NCBI RefSeq assembly: GCF_001194135.2
Contig: NC_068990.1
Location: 59,242,370 to 59,306,369, forward strand
Direction: 5' to 3'
Source: Octopus bimaculoides
Taxonomy: Eukaryota
Length of the DNA stretch: 64,000 bases
This document shows, piece after piece, positions 13,259-26,421 of this stretch. The notes beneath the pieces are model-generated. The model saw only the letters and a program-made list of their open reading frames with translations, ran no database searches and was not told the origin of the DNA. Positions within the stretch are counted from its first letter, which is position 1. Every line of letters starts with the position of its first letter. The position numbers were made by a program, and so were the translations under genes.

Positions 13259-14362
13259 CAAGATGTGGTGAATAAATTGTTGTCTAAATTATACAAAAAT
13301 AAAAATAACACTGACAGAGTAAATTTATTCACTAAAATTGCTATTGGCTTCAACCATGGTCTCCAGATGACTTCGGAATCTCCTGCAACTCTCCTGGATG
13401 GTCTCCTTGTTAAGGTTGGTGAATGCTGCCATTATCCTTGCCTTCAGTTCATCTTTGGTGTTTCAAGGAGTTTCGTTGGTCTCTCGCTCAGCTGTGCTTC
13501 ACCAAGGGGTTTGCAGTCTGGGGAGTTAGGTGGCCAGATGTTAGGGGTGATGTGGTCACAGAAATTGTCTGACAACCATAATTGGGTTCTCTTGCTTGTA
13601 TGGCATGGTGCAGAATCCTGTTACCAGACATAGGATCTTCCAGCAGCCACCCAGAGCAGCACTACCTCTTCCAGGCATTTGATGTAGGCCTCCATGTTGA
13701 GTCTGAGGCCATGTGGGAAGATGAATGGAAGTATAACGTCGCCATCACTAGTGATCACTCCAAATACCATAATGTTGACTGGATATTTGATTTTTATCAC
13801 TCTCGGTGCATGTTTTTGGGACACGGTAAGCTAGTGGTTGTTCTGTGTGTTCACCATCTGATCCTGGCAGAGATTTTTCTCGTCTGAGAAAAACCAAAGC
13901 ATGTTCATTTGCAGGGGATGCTAGAGTTTGTTCAAAAACTTTATAGCATGGTCTTTCCTCTTGTCTGTGATGGCTTGGGACAAAAATTGTCCCTTTCTCA
14001 TCTCGTATGAGGAATACCGAATGTCTTCATGCACTATCTACCTGATAAGAAAATCAGATACTCCCATATCCCTGGCAATGGACCTGATTGACTTGGAAGG
14101 ATTGTTGTCAATCATGGTCTGGATCTCACCAACAAATTCGGGAGTTCTTTTGTTATCAGAACGATCAGGGTGAGTTTTGTGAGCTGCCGTACCTTCGTAA
14201 CCTTATCCAACTCTTTCCAAATCCTCTGCACTGTCCTCAGAATGACACCCAAGCACTCTGAAATGTTCATATTGGTGCTTCTGGTGCAAATGCTAAGCAG
14301 AACAGCATGTTATTTCCAAATTTCTGGCAGAGTGAATTGCTGTTTTTCTCACAGATGATGCC
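13259..14362 (-). mobile_element. Tc1/mariner maT (DD37D) transposase pseudogene, inserted in a SINE; right end lost in a gap
   Basis: IMVFGVITSDG...QDSAPCHT...WPPNSPDCKPLG. There are 37 residues between the QD aspartate and the third catalytic position, now Gly; in-frame stops present. Confidence 0.88.
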
Positions 14363-15419
14363 NNNNNNNNNNATGCAGAATAACATTTACATATATACAC
14401 ATACACACACAAACACACAGCAGGCTTCTTTTAGTTTCCATCTGGCAAATCCATTCACAAGGTTTTGGTCAGCTCAAGGCTATAGTACAAGACATTTGCC
14501 CAAGGTGCCATGCAGTGGGACTGAACCCAGAACCATGTGATTGGGAAGCAAGCTTCTTAAAATAGCCATATGTTTTGGAGTAGTGGATCTCAAATCACAA
14601 AGCTATAAATAATAGAATGTAAATTGAGAAACCCTAGTGGATAGAAAAAGTTAAAGACTACCCATGGGACTTGAACCTACATCTCCTGTAGATATGACAG
14701 TAGTTCTGCCATTAGAACCTAAAGCAATTCTTTGAATGTCCTTATCCATTTTAATAACTTTATTCTTACCAACAAGAATTGTATGTTGTCAATGTCATAA
14801 GGATTTATAAACTTTTGAGACGGTGAAATAATTCTTTTTTTATGTGGAACAGTGGATCTTGAAGCACATAAAGCTATAAAAGAAATGCATGTAGATATTG
14901 GGCTGAAAAATCTTTATGGGTGGAAAAAGTCAAAGGTATTTAGCCTGTAGCATGGAAAATAGATGTTAAATGTTGGCAAAGATCTGAGCTGCCCTATGGC
15001 TGCAAAAGCAATATATAACATCTTCAGCAAACATTTGTTTACAATCATCCAAACATAAAGGTTGTACAGAAACACATTTAACCTTGGTATTTGTAGCATC
15101 TTATCAGTTTTATTCTTTTTGCTTCTAACTCACAGTATCTTCTATAAAATGCATCAAAACAGTACCCTAAAAAAAAATCATATATCATATTTTCCAGCAT
15201 ACAAGTCAACATACTATATAGAGTAAACATTCAAATACTGTTACTATTTTTCCTAATCCTGTTGCATTTTTCATGGAAGTTTTGTTCTTTCAAAGCTGTC
15301 TTGGTGTATAAGTTGACCTACCTTTTTTGGCTGTATATTTTGGCCAGAAAATATTGTAATTTTGTATTGCTATTTGTTTGATTTCCAGATAAAATAATTG
15401 AATGTTCTTTTGTTTCTAG

Positions 15420-15584
15420 ATATACCAAAATCTATTTGGCTCCTTCTAAAGAATTCCATTTACCTCATCACTTGCCTTGGTATATGTTGTGAGTTCTCAA
15501 TTGTCAGTGGATTTGTTACTTTCCTGCCAAAATATTTTGAAACCCAGTTTGGAAGTTCTACCTCAGTCGCTAATCTATTTACAG
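15420..15584 (+). CDS. SLCO: SLCO exon: (D)IPKSIWLLLKNSIYLITCLGICCEFSIVSGFVTFLPKYFETQFGSSTSVANLFT
   Basis: tttctag acceptor, gtgag donor, 165 nt, phase 1 to 1; OATP transmembrane motif FLPKYxExQF. Confidence 0.95.
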
Positions 15585-18003
15585 GTGAGAAACTTTTACT
15601 GTGATGATTCAATCTTGTTTTAATTGGGAAATCATTTGAAAGTTTGGTTCAGTCCCACTGCATGGCATCTTGGGCAAGTGTCTTCTACTGTAGCCTTGGG
15701 GCAACCAAAGCTTTGTGAGTAGATTTTGTAGACAGAAACTGAAAGAAAGCAGCGAGCTGGCAGAAACGTTAGCACGCCAGGCTAGTGGTATTTCATCTGC
15801 TGTTATGTTCCGAGTTCAAATTCTGCCGAGGTCGACTTTGCCTTTCATCCTTTCGGGGTCAATAAATTAAGTGCCATTTACGCACGGGGGTTGATGTAAT
15901 CGACTTAGTCCCTTTGTCTGTCCTTGTTTGTCCCCTCTGTTTAGCCCCTTGTGGGCAATAACGAAATAAGAAACTGAAAGAAGCTAGTTGTGTGCGTGTC
16001 TCTCTCTCTCAGTGTGTCTATGTTTGTGCCCCATTGCCACTTGACAACCAGCGTTGGTGTGTTTATGTCCCTGTAACTTAGTGGTTCAGCAAAAGAGACA
16101 GCTAGCATAAGTGCCAGGTTAAAATAAAAATAATAAGTACCGGGGTCAATTCATACAACTGAAAATTCTTGAAGGTGATACCCCAGCATTGCCACAGTTT
16201 AATAACTGAAACAAATAAGATAAGATATTCCATGCTATCCATGAGATGATCAGCTTGGCCTGGTTGACTGGAGAAAGTATGTTACAGCAGAATAGCTTCC
16301 TTTAGTGCTAGTCATATTATTTGAACATGTTACCCTAATTTCCTGTTAGGTTTATTGCTGTCTGGAATGCAATCTAAAATAGAAAAGACATTTTACCTTT
16401 CACTCTTGTAGTGTTGGGTTTAATGGGGAAAATAATGACGTTAAGTGGATTTAGCAACAGGAAATGTTTTAATAGTAAAGAATATGGTATTGATATGTTT
16501 TAGATGAGGTATCAACGCACATTAGTCAGCTGTGCCATTATGTATAGCTCAGAAAGAAATATGTTGTGTCAGTTGATGCTGGCTAAGGTGTGTATTCATT
16601 TAAACTACGATGGCTACAAACAATTCTTTCATATTGGATTGTGTGTTTTCCAATTTTATCACAGTCTGAATCTATCATTATACTATAATGATATAATGAG
16701 CTTATTGCATACACTACTCAGGAGCACTACAACTCACCAGAAAAAGTAGCCATAAGTGTATGAACAGTACCTAGAATAATGCAAAGGAAGTGAGTCATAA
16801 AAAGAAAGAAGAAAAAAAGGGGCATCAGGTGTACTGTTGGCAAATTTCAGGGAGCATGGAAGTTTTGAAGGATGTAGTGTCCTGACTGCTAACAACTATT
16901 TATAAGGACTTTTCTTAGACTCCTTTGTGAGTTGTTTAAGTAGTATAATTTATATTTCAGTTTTAATTCATTTTGATTTCAAAACTAAAAGCTACATGAT
17001 TACTGAAATTGCCATAGACATGACATTCTGTTTCCATTCAAAGTTACTTTACAGCAAAAGTGAAGCTGAATTTCATCCCTTTTGATACCAACCCACCTGA
17101 GACTGCCTCAGGTCTCATGACATAAACTTACTGTTTTAAAGTGGTCTAAGTAAAAATCTTCCTTCAAAATTTTATATTAATTTGTTCCAGACCCCAGCTT
17201 AATAACGAGAAAGGTATTTTCGAAAATCTTCATTATTTAAAAAATTAATTGGAAGAAAGGCAACAATTGATGTTGGTGTGTTTACATCCCCGAAAGTTAG
17301 CGGTTCAGCAAAAGTGACTAATAGAATAAGTACCAGGCTCACAAAGAATAAGTCCTGAGGTCAATTTCTTTGACTAAAGGCGGTACTCCAGCATGGCCAC
17401 AGTCAAATGAGTGAAACAACATGTTGACAGAAATATAGTAACAAAAGGGTTAATCAAGGATGCTTGTTGTTAGTATGGCTGTAATCAGATCTGGTATTAC
17501 TGATTTCTTGTTTGATGCAGTTTCTGGTGATTCTTCACATTTTCTTTAATCTATGTGCTATGAACACCAGCCTTATGGAATCAAATACACATTTTAGTCC
17601 AACCACTGTTCTTCTACTGCCAGTGAGTCAGTAACACTTTTCTGTGGATCTTTTATGGCTGTAGTCTTTTTTATGTCTCTTCCTTCTTCAAGTAAATCCT
17701 CTGATCAAGGGGCTTTTCTCCTTGTTTGCACAACGTTTTATAAATTCCTTATAACTGACATGAGATTTAAATTATAGTCAGGATTAATGCTAGACTGGCA
17801 ATGTTGAAGTAACAAGCAGTTTGCCATAACAGTCTACTTGAGATATTTCCAGTTCAGGCAGAACTACTTCAGGCGTGAGCTGTCTGTTTCAATTTTCCTA
17901 TGCAAATGAAATGAAATTCGATCTTGAATGGTAATTTAAAATTTTGACATTTGGTCGTCTCTCTTTTCTTAAAATAATTTCCTTTGTTCTGTTAACTTTA
18001 CAG

Positions 18004-18084
18004 GTGGAATTGGTATTCCTGGTGCTGTTGTTGGAATCCTTATTGGAGGCTGTGTACTTCGTCGTTTTCAACTCTGTCCAAAAG
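18004..18084 (+). CDS. SLCO: SLCO exon: (G)GIGIPGAVVGILIGGCVLRRFQLCPK
   Basis: tttacag acceptor, gttaat donor (weak), 81 nt, phase 1 to 1; glycine-rich OATP helix. Absent from the ORF track. Confidence 0.92.
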
Positions 18085-19642
18085 GTTAATGTAATTCGAT
18101 TTCATTTAATTAAACCCTTATGATTATTATGTATGTTTACAGTTGTTGGAGTCATTTTGTAATGAAGTTAAACACGCAGTTCAAAATAAAGGGAAGAAAC
18201 TGTTACCAGTTAAAAGAGTTAGTTCCCTTCGTATTTGATTGCGTGTAAGACGCATACATTTTATCCAAAAAAATCATCGCAGGTCCTGTGCAAAGTTTTG
18301 CCTCCTATAAGTTTTAATATACTAAAAAAATTTTCCTGAGTATGCGCTGCAGAAATTAGAAAGCATATTATCAGTACCGTCTTCAGTGGCCTCACACAGG
18401 CCTATGTATGCTGGGACTTGTCTCTAAATAAATACTATAGGGCCCACTACATAGATTTGCTTAGGAGCCTACAATGCTGCTAGGACAATATACTCCTCTC
18501 ACTTTCAGTGTCTTCATGTTCTGGTCAAATATAAAAACTGAGTAGGAGAAAAAAAAAATCTATAAGCCCCTGAGGCTGGATGCTGACTGTAAAGAATAAA
18601 TAAATGTTATTCCTAAAAATTTCCAGCAACTTCATATTATTCTATCTTTAATGATCTAAGAATGATAAAAAAGATTCTATATAGTAAACGTTTTCTTTTA
18701 TATTCAGTGACAACCATTTCGACTAATACTAGTAATCTGTAATGTTCTTGAGAAAAGTTTGAACATCACACAGTCCCATTTTAGGCACCATTTTAATCCT
18801 TACACAACTTTGACATTAAGAAATATGTAAAAAAACCAAAAAAAAAAAAACAACCTATATTGACTTCTATATTTTAAAAATGAATGACATTCAATTGCTT
18901 TTAATTGATTGGTGCCGACATTCTGGGTTCATATTCTGATGATGTCAACTTTGTCTTTCATCCTTTCGGGGTCGATAAAAAAAGTACCAGTTAAATACTG
19001 GGGCCAACGCAGTCAACAAGACCTCCTCCTCACAAAATTTCAGGCATTGTGCCTATAGTAGAAAGGATTATTATTATTAATATTATTAAGGCGGCAAGCT
19101 CACAGAATCATTAAGTGAAATGCTTAGCAGCATTTTGTCTGTCTACATTCTGAGTTCAAATTCTGCCTTTCATCCTTCCAGGGTTGATAAAATCAAATAC
19201 AAGTAGAACACTGGGGTCAATATTATCAACTTACTTTGTCCCTGAAATTGCTGACCTTATGCTAAATTTGAAATCATGTCTTGCAGCTTATGGTACCATG
19301 CTATATGTTCTCTTCAACTATCTAATACTTTCTCAATGATTCTGGCCATGCCAAGGAGGCAAGCGTTTGGCAACAGCTCTATTGTGCACCCTATTCCCAT
19401 TTCTTTTATATTATTATAAAGGTTGAGATCTGGCAGAATTGTTAGCACACCGGGTCGTCTGTTGCTATGTTCTGGGTTCAAATTCTGCCAAGGTTGACTT
19501 TGCCTTTCATCCTTTCACGGTCGATAAATTAAATACCAGTCAAGTACTGGGGTCGATGTGATTGGTTGTCCTCCTCCCCCCAAAAAATCTAGGCCTTGTG
19601 CCTATAGTAGAAAGGATTATTATTATTACTTTGTTTTTACAG

Positions 19643-19760
19643 GGGCCATACAGATGACTCTTATTCTTGATATCCTTGCGCTGAGTGGATATATCCTTTT
19701 CTTCTTCCTTGGATGTGATAATTTAAAAATAGCTGGTGCAACATTTCCATATTTCAATAG
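19643..19760 (+). CDS. SLCO: SLCO exon: (G)AIQMTLILDILALSGYILFFFLGCDNLKIAGATFPYFN(S)
   Basis: ttttacag acceptor, gtcagt donor, 118 nt, phase 1 to 2; LGC...AG motif before the Kazal loop. Confidence 0.93.
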
Positions 19761-20074
19761 GTCAGTGATATTTTGTTTCTCTTTAAAGATAATTAGTCAT
19801 TATAAATCTTTATTTCACTTTTTTGCATTTTTCAGGCATCTAATTAGAAAACATTGTTTATTTTAATTATATATTCTTTTACTCTTTTACTCATTACAGT
19901 CACTGGACTTCAACCATGCTGGGGCATTCTTTTATTCTTTTAAGATGGTATGGTGTGAGTTACGGAAATTTGGTTGCTATTTCTAGTAGATTGAATGATC
20001 ATCTAGTTGTTCTTTTGTGAACAGTAGCCTATGCTCTTGACCATTATGAGCCCATGCTCTTAACCACTACGCCA

Positions 20075-20140
20075 TATGGCATAGTGGTTAAGAGTGCAGG
20101 ATACTAACCCCAAGATTCTGAGTTCGATTCCAGGCAGTGA

Positions 20141-20190
<50 letters not shown>

Positions 20191-20355
20191 TCGAACAATA
20201 CCTTAGGAATGAGAACCGAAGTTCAAAATTTCTCCAAGACACCTGATGAAGGCCGGAGGGTATATCAGCTGAAACTTTGTGTTAACAACAAACAAGATGA
20301 GGATAAATATCCATAAATAATGTACATAATTTCTCATCTCTTAAATATAGAACTG
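20075..20355 (+). mobile_element. Copy 2 of the tRNA/hammerhead SINE (decayed ribozyme core at 20238-20283)
   Basis: Same head, (AAT)n and tail as 2215-2490, in the opposite orientation. Confidence 0.85.
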
Positions 20356-21813
20356 AAAGGTTTACCATGCCTGATCTATATTATTTTACACTTGGTTTAT
20401 TAGTAAGTCCACACAGTGAAAAGATTGGTTGGGCTGTGGTCTATGAATGCTCTTTTCTGTGCCCTTTCAATATAAACAATTCTGAGAGAAAGATGGAGAA
20501 GTTAACTCTGATACTTGACCAGTCCTTCATTTAGTAACCTAAAAGAACATAAGGCAAAACTGGTTTCAGTTGGATTTTGAACTTAGTCTAGAGAGCCAGG
20601 ACAAGTTCTGCAAAACATTCTACCTGATACTTTGTCACTTAACCACTTCACGAAACATTTGCAGTGGCAAGTCAATGAGTAAGCCTATACATGGCCAATT
20701 TATCTGCTAGAAATAAAAACTAAATATCCTTTAAATCACACCTTATCTTGTTGGATGATGCCATTTTAGATTCATCATCTTTGTTTTAACGTCCACCTGT
20801 CCATGCTTGCTTGGGTCAGACAGAGTCTTATTAAGGCAGATTTTCCGCCATTACAAAGGAGTCTAAAACCAGCTGTTCTTTAAACTTCTGTTTGACAGAG
20901 TTCTCATTACTAAATCTATCAAAGAATTAAAGAAGAATTTGCAAAAGTAAAAGTCTAGAAATGAATGGTCTTCAAATATAACCAGTCAACACAAAAAGTT
21001 TATTTAGCAAGAAAGAATACTTGACTCTAAAGTAATGTTTCTCAGCTGGGGCCCATATAAAATTTGTTTTTTGTTAAAATTTATGTGCGATAAAGTGGTT
21101 ATACTTCTACAATGCACAAAATATTTCAATCTTTTTTATATAAATCCTAATATTTAATTTTAAAAATACAGTGGATTTTTGAGATCACGTCCTGTTCACT
21201 GAGGTCGCGGTCTCAAAGGGACGTAAATATTTTGGCAAATTAAATTTAAGTGTTGAAGTGAATCTCATGGTTTTTGTGTGTTTTTAAATGGCTTATAAAA
21301 ACCTTCCACGCTGCAATTGTTTTTGTCTCAGCACACGATCTCAGATCAGATCACTTGCTATGCAAGTACATTTCCATAAATAGGATTTTTTAAATATATA
21401 TATATTGAATGGCTATGGAGATCCAGTAGAAATGGTTGAGAACTACTGCATTAAGGAATACTTTACTATTGTCCAACCTATGTAAGCATGAAAAAAATGT
21501 ATATAAAATGATCATGTATATTCGATGGGATGATAGAATTGGTGTATCTAATGAAAAAAAAACAACTCTTAGAATACCAAAAGACTACACTCTTTTCAGT
21601 CATGTTGTCTTTGCCTTTCCTCCTCGGTCAATATAATCAACAAAAATCTTTTGCAACAGTGCTCAAGCATGGCTGTAGTCCAGTGACTGAAACTGGTGAA
21701 AAAAGGAAGAATTAGAAATGTAAATTGTCTAGGGTTGAAAATGGTTTTGTTTTCTGCAATTTTGTTATCTGAGATTCAGTTTTCTTTTCTTTTTTTTTTT
21801 TCCTTATATTTAG

Positions 21814-21988
21814 CACTGGTCACAAGATAATGGAGGCAAACTTGACATCAGCTTGTAACTCTAACTGTGACTGTTCTCCAAATCACCTCGAACCAATCTG
21901 TGGAATAAACGGTATCACTTATTTCTCACCCTGTCACGCTGGCTGTACCAATTATTACGTCAATCATAACAATGCATATCATTCCACA
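21814..21988 (+). CDS. SLCO: SLCO exon with Kazal-like extracellular loop: [58 protein letters not shown]
   Basis: Long pyrimidine tract plus ag, gtaagt donor, 175 nt, phase 2 to 0; CNxxCxC...P(I/V)CG...Y.SPCHAGC signature. Confidence 0.96.
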
Positions 21989-22344
21989 GTAAGTACGATT
22001 TACCTCCCTTGATCTTCTAAATATTTTTTTTTTTTAACAAAATATTTTCAATGACACAACAAAGCACTATAATACAAACAATGGACTATAATAACTGATA
22101 TGATATTTTGGAATAAAATTCCTTCTTCAGATATCCCTAGGAATTGATGGAGTCGCTGCTATAATCGGTTTTCCTTTCTTGTTAGCTAATCATAATGGTT
22201 GTTAGATCGTTACGTCACTCTCTTCTTTAGAGAATTGTCAGCACCATTTACTTATAACTTAGACATCTTTTGCAGAATTTGATACTGTGTTGTTCAACAT
22301 ATCCATTATTGACTATCCTGTTTCATATTTTTTTTTCTATTTAT

Positions 22345-22500
22345 ACTCTCTGAGTGGTTGGCGTTAGGAAGGGCATCCAGCTGTAGAAACTCTGCCAAAT
22401 CAGATTGGAGCCTGGTGTTGCCATCCGGTTTCACCAGTCCTCAGTCAAATCGTCCAACCCATGCTAGCATGGAAAGCGGACGTTAAACGATGATGATGAT
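22345..22500 (+). mobile_element. Young 5'-truncated retroposon 3' end with (GAT)n tail; near-identical copies at 32395-32555 (-) and 62508-62656 (+), with more than 10 older copies in the window
   Basis: Only a few mismatches among the three copies over ~140 nt. A longer copy at ~26900-27270 extends into LINE-like coding sequence. Confidence 0.85.
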
Positions 22501-23562
22501 ATTAAATAGCACAGTTAAGGCTGAGTTGGAATATTGCTTTCTTATTTCATACCACATTTGTTTTTTATTTTGAAAATGACTCTCCCCCACAGAGCTGTCT
22601 TAGTAACATTATAGGTCCCTGCACCATTTATTGCACTGGGCTCTAGTATTTACTTACTGATAACACACCACAGCATACATAGATCAGAACCAGGCCCCCT
22701 AGACCTGTGAGTGTAGCACTTCACATACTTTTTTTTTGTGGGGGGGGGGGGTCAGTTTCTGTCTCTTTTATCAACATAATGTTTTTCTTTCTAATTTGGT
22801 GCCTTTACCAAACCACGAAGCACTTCTATCAGTGACAAACAAGCTTTTAGTGTGAAGTTTGTTCATAATATCTCTACTAGCTTTACATGATATATTTACA
22901 ATACTTCTGAGACAAATCATGTGGGAACACAGAAATATTTGATTCCAAAATATTTTTAGCTAACATAAGAATCTTCTCCAGCTTGGTGTCTTGTATTTTA
23001 ATTAATCAGAGACAATTACCAAACTCTGCTAATGAAGGATGTGCTCTGACTGGCTGACTTAATCTTGGTACTCAGAGAGAGAGGAAGAAGGTGAAGCCAC
23101 TATGATTTTTTAATGGAGCTTCACTTCATTCTTGACTCTTTTCCTTGTTTCTGTACTGGTCAGTTGGTTAAGTAAAATAATTTTGTGATAGAAACTAGAT
23201 CACTTCACTAATGATTGGTTCCATATCTAAACGGAAAATCAGTTTGAAATTTGAACCTGTCTGTATTTTAGGTCTGAGTTTCATAATCACGAAAGACATT
23301 TCATCTTGGAAATGTGTTTGTGGATTGCTGATGTGCATAGGCTTTGGAACAGGAGATGCAAGGGGTGCGAATGCATCCCCTAAACTTTTTGAGGAGCAAT
23401 GAAAACACTTTGAACATCACCAAAACGAATGAGTGTAAAAACATTTTTGGACTGATTTGAAACATTACTTTTCCCATTATTGAGTTTATCTGGTTTGATT
23501 GATGTGCAAGTGTAATAATAATAATGATAATAATAATGATGATGATGATGATGATTATTGCA

Positions 23563-23990
23563 GTGAGCTGGCAGAAAGGTTAGCATGCTGGGTGAAATGC
23601 TTAGTAGTATTTCGTCTGTCTTTGCGTTCTGAGTTCAAATTCCGCTGAGGTTGACTTTGCCTTTCATCCTTTCGGGGTTGATAAATTAAGTACCAGTTGC
23701 ATACTGAGGTTGATCTAATCAACTGGGCCCCCTCCCCACAAATTTTGGGCCTTGTGCCTAGAACAGAAGAAAAAAGTCATTAGCACGCTGGGCAAAATGC
23801 TTAGTGACATTATGTCCATCTCCACGTTCTGAGTTCAAATTCTGCTGAGGTCGACTTTGCTTTTCATTCTTTCAGGGTCAATAACAATCGACTGCCCTAC
23901 CCTTTCCCCCAAATTTCAGACCTTGAGCCTATAGTAGAAAGGAGCAAGTCCTGGGGAGCAGAGTAAGTCAGTTACATTGACCCCCAGTAC
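23563..23990 (+). mobile_element. Second tRNA-derived SINE family, tandem copies here. Others ~15748-15969, 19085-19620, 36270-36900, 58195-58395, 61980-62185
   Basis: gagctggcagaa...gagttcaaattc (B box)...gactttgcctttcatcctttcggggtcgataaa repeated core. Confidence 0.8.
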
Positions 23991-24212
23991 TCAACTGGTT
24001 CTTATTTTATTAACCTCAAAAGGATGAAAGGCAAAGTCAACCTCAGACCATGAAGATGGATGAAATGCTTCCAAGCATTTCGCCCAGAATGCTAATGATT
24101 CTGCCTTACAGTGTTTGTTTTGATATCAAGATCAAAAAAATTGACCATGTTCATTGAAAAATTTTGAACCTGGGTTTGCACCATCTAAGCATATTTTATT
24201 CCCACACCTATG

Positions 24213-24243
<31 letters not shown>

Positions 24244-24403
24244 GGCAACATGCAACAATCTATCTGACATTAAACACATTCCACATAGAAATGACACCCC
24301 CACCAGGTGGATACCTTTCTTAATGATAAGAGATTCCCTCCAGTTTGTAGAGACGTCCTTAATATTATTATATCTAAAATGTTGCTTGTATATTTTTTTA
24401 CAG

Positions 24404-24591
24404 AACTACAGTGGCTGTTCCTGCATACTAGACAACCACCTTGCCAGTTCTGAAGTTGTTGTGCTGCCTCTAGCCACAAGTGGTCCATGTAAGACTACCT
24501 GCAAAAATTTGCTACCATTTCTAATCTTGTTGGTTGTGATGACATTTTGTGTTGCTGGGACACAGATGCCACTATTGATGGTTACTCTCAG
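24404..24591 (+). CDS. SLCO: SLCO exon: NYSGCSCILDNHLASSEVVVLPLATSGPCKTTCKNLLPFLILLVVMTFCVAGTQMPLLMVTL(R)
   Basis: tttttacag acceptor, gtaag donor, 188 nt, phase 0 to 2. Confidence 0.95.
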
Positions 24592-24705
24592 GTAAGATGT
24601 TACTCCTGTGATTTTTATAATGCTACTTTGTTGATATTTCATTTCATGTTGCTCTGCAGAATCGTTGGCAGAATCATTGTCATGTTGGCAAAAATGCTCT
24701 ACAGC

Positions 24706-24902
24706 AGTGATTTCCAGCGTGTGGCCTAGGAAAATTGTGGTAGGGTATAGGATCCATAATTTTTTTTTTTTTTTTTTTTTTTTGGTGGGACATGAAATTG
24801 TGAAAATCTTTTTCTAACAATAAACATACTACACCTGTACTTTTTTCCAATTACCAGGAAAATTATAGTGGAGCTGGGGGGAAAAATAGGTTGGGAAACA
24901 CT
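24706..24902. mobile_element. Probable hAT-type MITE
   Basis: Imperfect ends cagtgatttcc / gggaaacactg. Confidence 0.55.
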
Positions 24903-25419
24903 GCTCTATGGTATATTTTCTGGCTTTCTACATTCTTAGTTCAGATCTCATCAGTCTGGAAAAGGCAATGGAAAACTACTCCAGTATTCATCTCAAGTCT
25001 AGTTATGGTGACCAAAGTTCCTGTAATCTACATAATGGTGGTAGGGGAGGGTATGGACCCTACCATGTTGTTTGGAGAGTGTTGGAGAAGGTTCACATGC
25101 ACAAGACCTGTTAGACTAGACATATTTGATAGCACTGTTTTTTTTATATATATATGACATAGAAAGAGGAAGAAAGTTGCATTTGTAACCTTCTCAGGAC
25201 CTCTGAGACCAGCAGGTGGAGGAGGAAGGGTGAAAGTGAAGAAAACTCGTGGATATTAATCTCTTATTGGTATATGACAATAAAATCAAACACAGTGTGT
25301 CTGCATTGAGCCAGTTAAGTTGGCAAACTCATGGACTTAAGTTGGCAAACTCATATATATAATATCGGTTATGAAGTAAGTACTATATGTTACTAAAGGT
25401 AAACAGTGTTAGTTTAGTG

Positions 25420-25671
25420 TTGTGGTTCTCAACCATTTTTTTTTTACTTATGGACCCTTTTGATTCTTATTTTTATTTGGGCAGACCTTCATAGCCATTT
25501 GATGTTTAAAAAAACTCCCATTATATTTTATATAATTAAATGTTATTGAGGATTGTATAAAATATTTTGTGTATTGTAGAAGTATAACCAATTTATTGCA
25601 CATAAAGTTTAAAAAACAAAATCTTACATTGGACCCTCAAGGGTCATATGGGCCCCAGTTGAGAACCACTG
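25420..25671. mobile_element. hAT-type MITE
   Basis: TIR (ca)gtggttctcaac / gttgagaaccactg; 8-bp TSD gtttagtg / gtttaatg. Confidence 0.85.
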
Positions 25672-26421
25672 GTTTAATGCTACACCTGTTACTTGCTAGT
25701 GAGATCCACCTAGCCAGGCATTGCAGAGAATTTCTTGGAAATGATTAGATATGCTTTAATACTGTCAATAGGGTGAATCAAGCTAAACACTTTATCACTT
25801 AAGATTTGTTATAAACATATTGGTGAGTCGACATAATTATTTCATTTCTAGCAACTCGAACACTTAATCACTGGTAATGTAACTTAACCCTTCACCATTC
25901 AGATTACTCAGTCAAATGTAATGCTTTCTTATTCGCATTGTTTTGAATGAATCATGCATTATCTTTATAGCTTTGAGATTACAATGTGATTGCATATTTT
26001 TAGAATGACATTGTAAGGTAGGTGTGAGAGGCTGGATCTGGCTGGTTTGAACATAAAATAGGTAGAATATTTGGGCCGGATATGGCCAATTTAAATGCTA
26101 TGTTCCATCTAAACATTTCATTAGTGGTGGCCCTGCATAAAATATCTGTTCAGTATTGATTCAGTCTAGACTCATTATTCATTAGTTCCCAAACCTGAAA
26201 ACATCTGATGTGTTTAGAATTTATTCCCCTATATCAAGAGTATTCAATTTGAGTGAACTCTGAGAATATCTTGTATCCTTTATTTTTTAAGCTTTACTTC
26301 TTTTGGTCATTAGACTGTGCCCATGCTGCAGCACCTCCTTAGAGAATTTTAGTTAAATGAATTAAACACCAGTACTTTTTGATCTTTCTTTAACTAAACT
26401 CAATCTTTCTCTTATTATTAG

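Noticed and set aside
15389-15419. Upstream acceptor tttccag at 15388 for the second SLCO exon
   Set aside because: Adds 31 nt and shifts the frame to a stop; 15419 preserves homology. It could still be a minor unproductive site.
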